Shown here: one piece after another, positions 34,988 to 44,387 of the stretch
How the letters are laid out: the number at the start of each line of letters is the position of its first letter
How positions within the stretch are numbered: position 1 is the stretch's first letter
From: Candidatus Nealsonbacteria bacterium
Lineage (GTDB): Bacteria > Patescibacteriota > Minisyncoccia > Minisyncoccales > CAZKCU01
NCBI GenBank assembly: GCA_047456305.1
Contig: CP179888.1
Coordinates: 445,307-509,306, forward strand
DNA: 64,000 nt
Reading direction: 5' to 3'
Program-made: the position numbers and the translations under genes
The notes under the pieces: model-generated
Databases searched by the model: none
Told to the model about the DNA's origin: nothing
What the model saw: the letters and a program-made list of their open reading frames with translations, nothing else

Positions 34988-35293
34988 ATGAAGATTCATA
35001 AAGGCGACCAGATTCTTATAATTTCCGGTAAAGACAAAGGTAGAAAAAGTAAGGTTTTAGAGGTTCTTCCTAAAGAGCAGAGAGTTGTAATAGAAGGCGT
35101 TAATATAAGAAAAAAACATGTCAGACCGAGAAAGACGGGGGAGAAGGGTCAAATTATAGAAACACCCGGTCCCGTCCATATTTCTAATCTAAAGCTTATT
35201 TGCTTGAAATGTGGAAAAGCAACGAGGGTGGAATATAAAATTGTAGAAAAGAAAAAATATCGAGTTTGTAAAAAATGTGGGCAAGAAATATGA
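34988..35293 (+). CDS. rplX: 50S ribosomal protein L24
   Basis: KGD.V.II.GKDKG..G.V; ends at TGA at the expected length. Confidence 0.9.
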   Translation: MKIHKGDQILIISGKDKGRKSKVLEVLPKEQRVVIEGVNIRKKHVRPRKTGEKGQIIETPGPVHISNLKLICLKCGKATRVEYKIVEKKKYRVCKKCGQEI

Positions 35294-35850
35294 TTACCAA
35301 ATTACCAGAAAAATATAAAAAAGAGGTTATACCTCAGATGAAAGAAAAATTCGGGTATACTAATAAGATGGCTGTTCCAAAGATTGAAAAAGTTGTAGTT
35401 AATACTGGCTTTGGTAGATTGATTGCTGATAAAGCTTCAGAAGAACAGAAAAATTTTTTTGAAGCTATTTTAGAAGATTTTAGCTTAATCACCGGCCAAA
35501 GACCTGTTTTAACAAGAGCAAAAAAGTCAATTTCCGGCTTTAAAATTCGTCAAGGCCTTCCAATCGGGGCTCAGGTTACATTGAGGGGAAAAAGAATGTT
35601 TGATTTTTTAGAAAGATTAATTAATATTGGTCTTCCCAGATCTCGCGATTTTCAGGGGATTGACTCAAAATCATTTGATAAAAAGGGAAATTTAACTATT
35701 GCTATTCGAGAACATATTACCTTTCCCGAAATTTTAATAGAAAAGGCAAAAAATATTTTTGGCCTTGAAATTACCGTGGTAACTACGGCGAAAAAAAGAG
35801 AAGAAGGGATAGAATTATTAAAGTTACTCGGCTTTCCAATTAAGGCTTAA
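35290..35850 (+). CDS. rplE: 50S ribosomal protein L5
   Basis: operon position; L5-like P.I.KVVVN.G; start taken at the ATG at 35290. Confidence 0.9.
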   Translation: MITKLPEKYKKEVIPQMKEKFGYTNKMAVPKIEKVVVNTGFGRLIADKASEEQKNFFEAILEDFSLITGQRPVLTRAKKSISGFKIRQGLPIGAQVTLRGKRMFDFLERLINIGLPRSRDFQGIDSKSFDKKGNLTIAIREHITFPEILIEKAKNIFGLEITVVTTAKKREEGIELLKLLGFPIKA

Positions 35851-35854
35851 AAGT

Positions 35855-36040
35855 ATGGCGACGAAAGCTAAAATAGTAAAATCTAAAAAGAAACCTAAAT
35901 TTAGTTCGAGAATAGTTCGGCGTTGCTTTAGATGTGGGAGAAAAAGAGGATATATGAGAAAATTTGGATTATGCCGGATATGTTTTAGAGAGATGGCAAA
36001 CCAAGGATTAATTCCCGGAGTAAAGAAATCAAGTTGGTAG
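35855..36040 (+). CDS. rpsN: 30S ribosomal protein S14, zinc-binding type Z
   Basis: 61 aa; CxxCGR...CRIC. Confidence 0.9.
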   Translation: MATKAKIVKSKKKPKFSSRIVRRCFRCGRKRGYMRKFGLCRICFREMANQGLIPGVKKSSW

Positions 36041-36090
36041 TTATAAGATTAAGGTTGAAAATTCTTTAATCTTTAATCTTTAATCTAACT

Positions 36091-36600
36091 ATGACTGACC
36101 CTATCACCGATATGCTCAATCGAATAAGAAATGCTCAAGCTGTTTTAAAAGAAACGGTTGATATTCCTTTTTCTAATTTAAAATATGAAATTTCTAAAAT
36201 TTTAGAAAAGGAAAATTTTATTGAGAAGGTCGAAAAAAAAGGAAGGAAAAGTAAAAAATTCATTAAAATTAGCTTAAAATACTTGCCCTCCCGAGCGATA
36301 GCGAAGGGGAAAGAAGAAAGCTTGCTTTCTTCGCCCTCCCGAGCGACAGCGAAAGGGGAAGAAAAGGATAAATCCTCTTCGCCCTTCCAAGTTTTGCAAG
36401 ATAAAATAAAGGTGGCAGCAATTTCTGGTTTAAAAAGAATTTCCAAACCAGGCCAAAGGATTTACCTTTCAGCTAAAAAAATGCGGAGAGTGAGAGGGGG
36501 TTATGGAATAGCAATAATCTCAACACCAAAAGGATTGATGACTGATAAAAAAGCGAGGAGGCAGAAATTGGGAGGGGAAGTTTTATGTGAAGTCTGGTAA
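36091..36600 (+). CDS. rpsH: 30S ribosomal protein S8, with a ~35-aa repeat-derived insertion
   Basis: DPI.DML.RIRNA at the N-terminus and GGE.LC.VW at the C-terminus; 169 aa against ~130 aa typical. Confidence 0.9.
   Translation: MTDPITDMLNRIRNAQAVLKETVDIPFSNLKYEISKILEKENFIEKVEKKGRKSKKFIKISLKYLPSRAIAKGKEESLLSSPSRATAKGEEKDKSSSPFQVLQDKIKVAAISGLKRISKPGQRIYLSAKKMRRVRGGYGIAIISTPKGLMTDKKARRQKLGGEVLCEVW
36286..36388 (+). repeat. two tandem 48-nt small hairpin-box elements inside rpsH, in frame
   Basis: CCCTCCCGAGCGATAGCGAAGGGGAAAGAAGAAAGCTTGCTTTCTTCG followed by CCCTCCCGAGCGACAGCGAAAGGGGAAGAAAAGGATAAATCCTCTTCG. Confidence 0.85.
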
Positions 36601-36605
36601 ATATT

Positions 36606-37151
36606 ATGTCCAGAGTAGGTAAAAAACCAATTTTAATACCAGAACGTGTAGAAATTAAAATAGAGAACCAGAAAGTGATAATTAAAGGTCCCAAAGGGGA
36701 ACTCGAGAGAGAAATTCGCCCGGAGATTAGAGTTGAGTTAAAAGAAGGCAAAATTTTTGTTTTACCAAAGATCGAAACTAAAAAAACCAAGGCTTTTTGG
36801 GGTTTAACTCGGGCCCTCCTCGCCAACGCAATAGAAGGAGTAACCGCTGGTTATGAGAAGAAATTACAGATAGAAGGGCTTGGTTTTAGAGCAAGTTTGG
36901 AGGGAGATAATTTAGTATTGCAAGTTGGGTTTACCCACCCTGTTAAATTAAAAACTCCAGAAGGTATAAAATTTTCAGTCGAAAAAAATATTATTACTGT
37001 TTCTGGAATTAATAAAGAATTAGTGGGCCAAGTTGCTGCCAAAATAAGAAAAGTAAAACCTCCTGAACCCTACAAAGGAAAAGGAATTAGATATTTGGGA
37101 GAAGTAATTAGGAAGAAGGTAGGAAAGAAAGTAGCAATTACTACAGAGTAA
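36606..37151 (+). CDS. rplF: 50S ribosomal protein L6
   Basis: MSRVGKKPI.IP. Confidence 0.95.
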   Translation: MSRVGKKPILIPERVEIKIENQKVIIKGPKGELEREIRPEIRVELKEGKIFVLPKIETKKTKAFWGLTRALLANAIEGVTAGYEKKLQIEGLGFRASLEGDNLVLQVGFTHPVKLKTPEGIKFSVEKNIITVSGINKELVGQVAAKIRKVKPPEPYKGKGIRYLGEVIRKKVGKKVAITTE

Positions 37152-37172
37152 CAGCTTAGCTTATTTTTACTT

Positions 37173-37215
37173 ACCCGAGCGTAGCGAAGGGTGAAGAAGA
37201 GGATTTATCCTCTTT
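37173..37215 (+). repeat. small hairpin-box element (between rplF and rplR)
   Basis: ACCCGAGCGTAGCGAAGGGTGAAGAAGAGGATttatCCTCTT. Confidence 0.75.
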
Positions 37216-37222
37216 GACTAAA

Positions 37223-37642
37223 ATGTTAAAAAAACAAGAAAAACGCTATAGACGTCATAAAAGAGTAAGGGCCAAAATTTTTGGTAGGGCTTCTCGACCA
37301 CGACTTTGCGTTTTCAGGTCTCCAAAACATATTTACGCTCAGTTAATTGATGATGAAAAAGGAATAACCTTGGTGTCAGCTTGTGACCTGGAATTAGTCC
37401 CTCAACCTAGGATTAAAAGAGAAGCCAAGGCAAGAGCCGGAATCAGGCGGAAAAAAAACCAAAAAGAGACAAAAATTTTTAAGGGAAAGATTGCTTTAGC
37501 TTCCGAGGTCGGAAAGTTAATTGCTAAAAAAGCCCTGAAAAAGAAAATTGAAAAAGTGGTCTTTGACAGGGGAGGGTATACTTTTCATGGAAGAGTTAAG
37601 GCCCTATCAGAAGGGGCAAAGAAAGGAGGTTTAAAATTTTAA
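37223..37642 (+). CDS. rplR: 50S ribosomal protein L18
   Basis: RHKRVR.KI.G...RPRL.VFRS.KHIYAQ; start taken at the ATG at 37223. Confidence 0.9.
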   Translation: MLKKQEKRYRRHKRVRAKIFGRASRPRLCVFRSPKHIYAQLIDDEKGITLVSACDLELVPQPRIKREAKARAGIRRKKNQKETKIFKGKIALASEVGKLIAKKALKKKIEKVVFDRGGYTFHGRVKALSEGAKKGGLKF

Positions 37643-37660
37643 ATTGCAAATTGCAAATTT

Positions 37661-38131
37661 ATGATTAAAGAAAAAGAAGCAAGAATTGAAAAAAAGGAGG
37701 AGTTTGAATCCAAACTGCTTGATTTGGCTCGGGTAGTTCGGGTGGCAGCCGGCGGTCGGCGTTTTCGCTTTCGCGCGGTAATGGTAATTGGTAATAAAGA
37801 GGGGAAGGTTGGAGTGGGGGTAGCAAAGGGAGCAGATGTTGCTCAGGGAGTTGAGAAAGCGACAAGGATGGCTAAGAAAAATTTAATAGAGGTTCCCATT
37901 ATAAATGATTCTATTCCTCATCAGGTGGAAGCAAAATTTGGACCAGCTAAAGTTTTACTCAGACCCCAAAGAAAAGGAAGAGGATTAGTGGCTGGAGGAA
38001 CAGTTAGGGTTATTTGCAATTTAGCCGGAATAAAAAACATTTCTTCAAAAATTCTAGGAAGAACGAGTAACAAATTAAACAATGCCAGAGCAACCATCAA
38101 GGCTCTACAAAAATTAAAAATAAAAACGTAA
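37661..38131 (+). CDS. rpsE: 30S ribosomal protein S5
   Basis: V.RV..GGRRFRFRA.VV.GN..G.VG.G. Confidence 0.95.
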   Translation: MIKEKEARIEKKEEFESKLLDLARVVRVAAGGRRFRFRAVMVIGNKEGKVGVGVAKGADVAQGVEKATRMAKKNLIEVPIINDSIPHQVEAKFGPAKVLLRPQRKGRGLVAGGTVRVICNLAGIKNISSKILGRTSNKLNNARATIKALQKLKIKT

Positions 38132-38138
38132 AACCACT

Positions 38139-38570
38139 ATGCAGTTACACGAATTACGTCCAAAATATAAATTAAAACGACGAAAAAGAGTTGGTCGTGG
38201 AGGTAAAAGGGGGACCTATTCTGGTAGAGGCCAAAAGGGCCAAAAATCTCGGGCAGGCAGAAGATTTAAGCCGGCTATTCGGGGATTGATAAAAAGATAC
38301 CCAAAGTTAAGAGGATACAAATTCAAACCCTTAAAATTAAAGCCAGCCATAATTAATATAGAAGCCCTTGGAAAAAAAATTAAAGGGGGTGAAATTATTA
38401 ATCCTCAAGTCTTGATTAAACAAGGCCTAGTTCATAGAATAAAAGGAAAGACGCCAGAGGTTAAGATTTTAGGGAAAGGAGAGCTAACCAAAGCTTTGAT
38501 TGTTGAAGGATGCGAAGTGTCGAAAGGAGCAAAAGAGAAAATAGAGAAAGCCGGAGGCACCATAAAATAA
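38139..38570 (+). CDS. rplO: 50S ribosomal protein L15
   Basis: L..L.P......R.KRVGRG...G...GRG.KGQK.R; directly follows rpsE, so no rpmD is present. Confidence 0.9.
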   Translation: MQLHELRPKYKLKRRKRVGRGGKRGTYSGRGQKGQKSRAGRRFKPAIRGLIKRYPKLRGYKFKPLKLKPAIINIEALGKKIKGGEIINPQVLIKQGLVHRIKGKTPEVKILGKGELTKALIVEGCEVSKGAKEKIEKAGGTIK

Positions 38571-38571
38571 T

Positions 38572-39852
38572 ATGCAGTGGTTAAATAAAATTACCCAAAT
38601 ATTTAAAATCCATGATTTAAGAAACAAGATATTATTTGTTTTAGGAATTTTTGTGGTTTTTCGAATAATGGCTAACATTCCTATGCCTGGAATTGATGCT
38701 CAAAAAATGCGGGAATTTTTTGAGGGATTTCAGATTTTCGGTCTTTTAAATATTTTTACTGGCGGCGCTTTAGACAGACTTTCCATTATTATGCTTGGCT
38801 TGGGTCCTTATATTACGGCAGTTATCGTTATCCAGCTTCTAACCATGATATTTCCCAAACTTGAGCGAATGTACAAAGAAGAAGGAGAGCAAGGCCGCCA
38901 AAAATTTAATCAATATGGAAGATTGCTGACTGTTCCATTTGCCATGCTTCAGAGCTATGCGATGTTAGTTTTATTCCAGAGACAAAATGTCATAAGTAGC
39001 CTTTCTCCTATTTTACTTTTAACTTCAATTTTAACAGTTACAGCCGGAGCCGTATTTTTAATGTGGCTCGGGGAGCTAATTACTGAAAAAGGGATTGGCA
39101 ATGGAATTTCGCTCTTAATTTTTGCTGGAATTGTTTCTGCCGTTCCAAATAATATTCGGCAGCTAGCTTTAACCTGGGATCCAGCTAAAATCCCGGCTTA
39201 TTTGCTCTTTTTTAGTATGGCTTTGATTATTATTGCCGGAGTAGTTTTAATTAACGAGGGTAGGCGAAATATTCCAGTTTCTTATGCCAAGCGAGTCAGG
39301 GGAATGAAAATGTATGGCGGTGTCTCTACTTATTTACCTTTAAATGTTAATCCAGCCGGAGTAATCCCTATAATTTTTGCCTTATCGATTTTACTCTTCC
39401 CTGGGATGATAGCTAATTTTTTGGCCGGAACAGAAGGAGCAGTTGGAAGGATAGCTCAGGGAATAGGGGAATTCTTGCAAAATGTCTGGGTTCATGGAAT
39501 TTTGTATTTTCTCTTAGTTTGTCTCTTTACCTATTTTTATACCGCCGTAACTTTTGACCCCAAGGCTATTGCTTCTAATTTAAAAAAAATGGGTGGATTT
39601 ATTCCTGGTATCAGGCCCGGAGACTCAACTGCCAACTTTTTATATTATATTTTAAACCGAATTTTACTTATCGGAGCCTTATTTTTAGGGACGATTGCTG
39701 TCCTTCCATCAATTATTGGAGGAATAACCGGAGTGATGGTTTTTCAATTTTTAATTGGAGGAACCTCTCTGCTTATTGTAGTAAGCGTAGTTCTTGAGAC
39801 CCTTCGCCAAATTAATGCCCAGCTTCAGATGAGAGAATATGAAACATTTTGA
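38572..39852 (+). CDS. secY: preprotein translocase subunit SecY
   Basis: 10-TM protein; GI.PYIT..I..QLL; position. Confidence 0.95.
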   Translation: MQWLNKITQIFKIHDLRNKILFVLGIFVVFRIMANIPMPGIDAQKMREFFEGFQIFGLLNIFTGGALDRLSIIMLGLGPYITAVIVIQLLTMIFPKLERMYKEEGEQGRQKFNQYGRLLTVPFAMLQSYAMLVLFQRQNVISSLSPILLLTSILTVTAGAVFLMWLGELITEKGIGNGISLLIFAGIVSAVPNNIRQLALTWDPAKIPAYLLFFSMALIIIAGVVLINEGRRNIPVSYAKRVRGMKMYGGVSTYLPLNVNPAGVIPIIFALSILLFPGMIANFLAGTEGAVGRIAQGIGEFLQNVWVHGILYFLLVCLFTYFYTAVTFDPKAIASNLKKMGGFIPGIRPGDSTANFLYYILNRILLIGALFLGTIAVLPSIIGGITGVMVFQFLIGGTSLLIVVSVVLETLRQINAQLQMREYETF

Positions 39853-39910
39853 CCCTACGAATTGCCCACTGTTTACAGACAGCGAGTTATTACGAATATA
39901 CGAATAAAAA
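39853..39910 (-). repeat. TTATTCGTATATTCGTA...ATTCGTAGGG repeat, inverted copy
   Basis: the reverse complement shares TTATTCGTATATTCGTA and AATTCGTAGGG with 21452-21490; 34937-34950 shares a 14-mer. Confidence 0.5.
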
Positions 39911-39913
39911 TTT

Positions 39914-40573
39914 ATGAAAAAACCTTTAGTGATAATTCTTCTGGGGCCGCCGGGTTCTGGTAAAGGAACCCAGGCCAAACTGCTTGTTAAAAAATTTGGG
40001 TTCGAATATTTCGGGTCAGGTGATGCTCTCAGAAATAGACAAAAAGCAGCTGATTTTACTGGAAAGAAGCTTATAAAAGTTATGAATTGCGGGGAGTTAG
40101 TTCCTTCTTTTGTGATTTCTAAGCTCTGGATAGATAAATTAGAAAAATTTGGGCAGAGGACAAAAACCAACGGTTTTGTTTTTGATGGTACTCCAAGAAA
40201 AATCATTGAGGCTAAATTTTTTGATGAAGCTTTGATTTGGTACGAATTGCAAAAAAAAGTAAAATTTATCTTCATTAATATTTCAAGAAAAGAATCGCTC
40301 CATCGTTTAATAAGAAGAAGGATATGTAAAAAATGTGGCAGACAAATTCCTTGGATTGGGAAATTTAAGTCACTTAAAAAATGCGACAAATGCGGAGCAA
40401 AACTTATAGTTAGAGCTGATGATGAACCAAAAGCCATAAAAAAGCGCTTGGAGGAATTTAAAAAAGAGGTGATACCAGTAATAAATTATTACAAAAAACA
40501 AAGAAAATTAATTGAAATAAATGGAGAGCGAAGTATTGAGACTATTTTTCAAGATATTTTAAAAGCGCTATAG
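39914..40573 (+). CDS. adk: adenylate kinase (Zn-lid type)
   Basis: LLGPPGSGKGTQA; DG.PR; CKKCG...CDKCG. Confidence 0.95.
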   Translation: MKKPLVIILLGPPGSGKGTQAKLLVKKFGFEYFGSGDALRNRQKAADFTGKKLIKVMNCGELVPSFVISKLWIDKLEKFGQRTKTNGFVFDGTPRKIIEAKFFDEALIWYELQKKVKFIFINISRKESLHRLIRRRICKKCGRQIPWIGKFKSLKKCDKCGAKLIVRADDEPKAIKKRLEEFKKEVIPVINYYKKQRKLIEINGERSIETIFQDILKAL

Positions 40574-40668
40574 TCGAGAGAAGAAGCTTGCTTCTTCGAA
40601 CCCATCTGCGCTAGTCGATGAAGCTAAAGCTTCATCTCCATCTTCGCTTCCACAAGTGGAAGCTCGAT
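40571..40668 (+). repeat. three consecutive box-hairpin units (between adk and map)
   Basis: TCGAGAGAAGAAGCttgcTTCTTCGAACCC; TCGATGAAGCtaaaGCTTCATC; CTTCGC-TTCCAC-aa-GTGGAA-GCTCGA. Confidence 0.6.
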
Positions 40669-40670
40669 AA

Positions 40671-41435
40671 ATGATTACAATAAAATCAAAAGAGGAAATC
40701 GCTATAATTGCAGAAGGTGGTAAAATCCTGGCAAAAATTATGGCTGAGATAGAAAGAGAAATTCAGCCAGGAATTAAAACTCGCGAATTAGACAGGCTTG
40801 CTGAAAGCCTGATTTTAAAATCTGGAGGAAAATGTTCTTTTAAAGGATATCAAAAATTTCCGGCTTGTTTATGTACATCAATTAATGAAGAAATTGTTCA
40901 CACAGCTCCCTCAGACCGGCAATTAAAGGAAGGCGATATAATTTCTCTTGATTTGGGGATTTGTTTTAAAGGTTTTCATACCGATATGGCGGTTACCCTT
41001 CCGGTTACGAAACCCGGCAATGTAGGGAAAATTGACCCAGAGGCTTTAAGATTAATTCGGGTAACAAAAAAATCTCTAAAAAGAGGAATTAAAAAAGTTC
41101 ACCCGGGAAATACTTTTGGTGATATTGGAAATACTATTCAAAGATATGTTGAGAGCCAGGGATTCAATGTTGTCCGTGATCTTTGCGGTCATGGTATAGG
41201 AAAAGAGATTCACGAGGAACCCCAAATACTTAATTACGGAAAAAGACACACAGGTCCTAAAATTCAAGAGGGGATGATTTTTTGTATTGAACCGATGGTA
41301 ACAATAGGGGATTGGAAAATAAAAAAAAGCAAGGATGGTTACGGATTTGAAACAGCCGATGGTTCCTTGTCTTGCCATTTTGAACATACAATGGCTGTAA
41401 CAAAAGATAGTTGTCAGATCTTGACAGAAATTTAA
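40671..41435 (+). CDS. map: methionine aminopeptidase, type I
   Basis: operon position after adk; size and overall type I MAP pattern (..HG...D..L..GDI...D) by eye. Confidence 0.95.
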   Translation: MITIKSKEEIAIIAEGGKILAKIMAEIEREIQPGIKTRELDRLAESLILKSGGKCSFKGYQKFPACLCTSINEEIVHTAPSDRQLKEGDIISLDLGICFKGFHTDMAVTLPVTKPGNVGKIDPEALRLIRVTKKSLKRGIKKVHPGNTFGDIGNTIQRYVESQGFNVVRDLCGHGIGKEIHEEPQILNYGKRHTGPKIQEGMIFCIEPMVTIGDWKIKKSKDGYGFETADGSLSCHFEHTMAVTKDSCQILTEI

Positions 41436-41556
41436 TAAAGATATAGTCCAGGAAGGAAGGTTAATAATAGGAACTCCTAACTATTTTTGTTATAATAAGC
41501 TAATTTTGTTATAATCTATAAAGATTTCAAGCTTTGCTTATAATAAAGTAAAATTT

Positions 41557-42306
41557 ATGTACTTATCCGTCATCGTTCCTGCCTATAATGAGGAAAGGAG
41601 GTTGCCAAAAACTTTGCGAGAAATCGACAAATATTTAAGGGCAAAAACTTACGATTACGAAATTATTGTTGTTTCCGATGGTTCAAAAGACAGAACAGTT
41701 GAAGTTGTTAGGAATTTAATGGCCGAAATTAAGAATCTGAAAATCCTTGATTTTAAAGAAAATCAGGGTAAAGGTTTTGGTGTCCGCCAGGGAATGCTGG
41801 AGGCAAAAGGGGATTTTCGGCTTTTTACCGATGCCGACAATTCCACTTCGGTCGACCAAGTTGAAAAAATGTGGCCAGAATTTAAGAAGGGCTATGATAT
41901 TGTTATTGGGTCAAGAGATGTGAAGGGAGCGGTTTTAGATCCGCCCCAATCCTGGCTTCATGGATTTTTGGCTGACATTTTTAAGTTATTACGAAAAATA
42001 ATTGCTGGCCTTTGGGAACTTGAAGATACTCAATGTGGTTTTAAATGCTTTACTAAAAAAGCAGCTGAAAGCATTTTTCCCAAGTGTAAAATTAATCGTT
42101 TTGCTTTTGACCCAGAATTTTTAATTGTAGCTAAAAAATTAAGATATAAAATCAAAGAAATTCCAATTTATTGGAAAAATGACCCAGAAAGTAAAGTAAA
42201 GTTCAAAAGCATGGTAAAAATGGGAATTGATTTGTTAAAAATAAGGTGGAATTTAATAACTGAAAAGTATGATGAAACTAAAGTTTCATCAACAGCTTCG
42301 TTTTAA
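41557..42306 (+). CDS. family-2 glycosyltransferase (polyprenol-phosphate glycosyltransferase-like)
   Basis: SVIVPAYNEE, VVSDGSKD and DADNS motifs. Confidence 0.8.
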   Translation: MYLSVIVPAYNEERRLPKTLREIDKYLRAKTYDYEIIVVSDGSKDRTVEVVRNLMAEIKNLKILDFKENQGKGFGVRQGMLEAKGDFRLFTDADNSTSVDQVEKMWPEFKKGYDIVIGSRDVKGAVLDPPQSWLHGFLADIFKLLRKIIAGLWELEDTQCGFKCFTKKAAESIFPKCKINRFAFDPEFLIVAKKLRYKIKEIPIYWKNDPESKVKFKSMVKMGIDLLKIRWNLITEKYDETKVSSTASF

Positions 42307-42324
42307 TAAATTAAAACTCGCTAT

Positions 42325-43362
42325 ATGAATAAGAAAATTAATCAGAAGAAATTTCCTTCTGAATTACGGTTTGATTTGACTTCAAAAGATTGGGTTGTCA
42401 TTGCTACAGGTAGAGCAAAAAGGCCGGAAACTTTCAAGAGAGAAAAGCGGAAAAAAGAGGAATCCCCCAAAGCTCTATGTCCTTTTTGTCAAATTTCCAC
42501 TCAAGAAGCTCCTGTTTTAATTTTTTCTCATGGAAAAAAAATACCTTTAGAAAGGGGAATTCCTAAAGATTGGACTACTATTTCTATTCCTAATAAATTT
42601 CCAGCCTTTCTCCCTTCTAAAAAATTAAATCCAAGAGTTGAAGGAAAATTTTATAAAACAATAAATGCGGTAGGTTTCCATGAAGTAGTAATTACCAGAG
42701 ACCATAAAAAATCAATGGGTCAATTTTCAATTAGTCAGGTTAAAGAAGTACTTGATGTTTACCAGGAAAGATATTTAGAATTAATGAAAGAAAAATTTGT
42801 TAATTACGTTTCTATTTTTCATAACCATGGAGTTGAAGCTGGAGCTTCGATGTCGCATCCTCACTCCCAAATTATAACTACCCCTTTAATTGATGTTGAC
42901 CTTAAAAAAGCTCTCTTTAATTCAAGAAAATATTATAGAGCCCATCGAAAATGTATTTATTGTCAGATGAATAATTGGGAAAAGAAAAATAAAAAAAGAG
43001 TAGTTTTTGAAAATAAAGATTTTTTAGTAATTTGTCCCTTTGCTTCAAAAGCTGCCTTTGAAGTTATTATTTCTCCCCAAAAACATTTAGCTTATTTTGA
43101 GAAAATAACCGAAAAAGAAAAAGAGCTTTTATCTGAAGCTTTCCAGATAGCCTTAAACAAACTTTACAAAGCCCTGAATGATCCGGCTTATAATTTCTAT
43201 TTGCATACTTCCCCTTGCGATGGGAAAAAATATCCCTTTTACCACTGGCACTGGACAATATTACCAAAAACCGCTACCTGGGCTGGTTTTGAAATCGGCA
43301 CCAGAATGGAAATTTCTACCATTGAACCTAAAAAAGCTGCTGAATATTTAAGAAAGCAATAA
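42325..43362 (+). CDS. galactose-1-phosphate uridylyltransferase-like (GalT/HIT superfamily)
   Basis: CPFC zinc motif; HPHSQI (HxHxQ) active site. Confidence 0.7.
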   Translation: MNKKINQKKFPSELRFDLTSKDWVVIATGRAKRPETFKREKRKKEESPKALCPFCQISTQEAPVLIFSHGKKIPLERGIPKDWTTISIPNKFPAFLPSKKLNPRVEGKFYKTINAVGFHEVVITRDHKKSMGQFSISQVKEVLDVYQERYLELMKEKFVNYVSIFHNHGVEAGASMSHPHSQIITTPLIDVDLKKALFNSRKYYRAHRKCIYCQMNNWEKKNKKRVVFENKDFLVICPFASKAAFEVIISPQKHLAYFEKITEKEKELLSEAFQIALNKLYKALNDPAYNFYLHTSPCDGKKYPFYHWHWTILPKTATWAGFEIGTRMEISTIEPKKAAEYLRKQ

Positions 43363-43364
43363 AT

Positions 43365-43558
43365 ATTGCTCGGCAATGAAGTGTTAAAGTACCGATAGTT
43401 CAAATCCCAGCGCGAAGAGGATAAATTCTCTTCTTCCCCCTTCGCTATCGCTCGGGAGCGAGATTTGACTATCTACATTCTCGTCCCGTCGCTCCGACTT
43501 CGTCGGAGACCGTGCCGACGGGACTGCGAAAGTTACTTTAAAACTTATTGCCTCGCTT
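43365..43558 (+). repeat. family A structured repeat, copy 4, with a small hairpin-box element nested in its first loop
   Basis: TTGCTCGGCAA...TTGCCTCGCT. CCCAGCG[43413-43460 insert]CGAGATTTG; GTCCCGTCG/CGACGGGAC around CTCCGAC-ttcg-GTCGGAG then ACCGTGCC. Confidence 0.8.
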
Positions 43559-43565
43559 GATTATA

Positions 43566-44354
43566 ATGAAGCCCTTAATCGTAGCAAATTGGAAATGTAA
43601 CCCCACGACATTAAAAGAGGCAAAAGCCCTCTTTAATTCAGTTGGGAAAGGAATAAAAAATATCAAAAATGTGGAAGTAGTAATTTGTCCGCCCTTTGTT
43701 TATCTGCCGGTATTAATAGGTGCTTCCGCCTCCGCTCGCCGCAAGGAGAACTTCAGTAGACTCGCCTTTGGCTCGCAAAATTGTTTTTGGGAAGAGAAAG
43801 GAGCTTTTACCGGAGAAATTTCTCCCCGAATGCTTAAAGATATAGGGGTGAAGTATGTTATTTTAGGTCATTCTGAACGTCGGATTTACCTTAGTGAAAC
43901 CGACCAAATGATAAATAAAAAAATAAAAGCAGTTTTGAAAGCAAAATTAAATCCTATTTTATGTGTTGGAGAAACTAAAGAGGAGAGAAATCAAGGAAGA
44001 ACCCAGGAGGTTTTAAAAAATCAATTAATATCTGCCCTTTTGAACATTTCTAAATCTATAATTCAAAGCTCAAAATTCTCAATTGCCTATGAACCAATTT
44101 GGGCAATTGGGACAGGAAAAGCTTGTGAAACTAACGAAGCTCAAACTATGGGTTTATTCATTCGAAAAATTATAGCCCAGCTTTATGGAGGTTTTATTTC
44201 TAAAAAGGTTCAAATACTATATGGAGGAAGCATAAACTCTAAAAATGCGCTGAGTTATATTAAAGAAGCAAGAATGCAAGGGCTTTTAGTGGGAGGAGCC
44301 TCTTTAAATAAGCAAGAATTTATCCAATTAGTTAAAAATGTTAGTAAGGGTTGA
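43566..44354 (+). CDS. tpiA: triosephosphate isomerase
   Basis: ANWKCN, GHSERR, AYEPIWAIGTG and GGAS motifs. Start taken at the ATG at 43566 because the track start lies inside the repeat. Confidence 0.9.
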   Translation: MKPLIVANWKCNPTTLKEAKALFNSVGKGIKNIKNVEVVICPPFVYLPVLIGASASARRKENFSRLAFGSQNCFWEEKGAFTGEISPRMLKDIGVKYVILGHSERRIYLSETDQMINKKIKAVLKAKLNPILCVGETKEERNQGRTQEVLKNQLISALLNISKSIIQSSKFSIAYEPIWAIGTGKACETNEAQTMGLFIRKIIAQLYGGFISKKVQILYGGSINSKNALSYIKEARMQGLLVGGASLNKQEFIQLVKNVSKG

Positions 44355-44387
44355 TTTTCTTTTTTATTTTTGTTATTCTAATAAAGA

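Noticed and set aside
35282-35293. Alternative genetic code (UGA recoding, as in some CPR lineages)
   Set aside because: rplX, rseP and the Rep-like ORF end at TGA at the expected lengths, and conserved genes show no in-frame TGA. The standard code fits.
36286-36388. Tandem repeats (27091-27190, 36286-36388, 49866-49968) as CRISPR arrays
   Set aside because: There are only two units each, directly abutting with no spacers. The units are hairpin-box elements found singly elsewhere, and no cas operon is adjacent.
43720-43790. GC-rich stretch in tpiA (GASASARRKENFSRLAFG) as another in-frame repeat insertion
   Set aside because: The loop length is comparable to that of other triosephosphate isomerases, and no clear box or hairpin match to the repeat families was seen.
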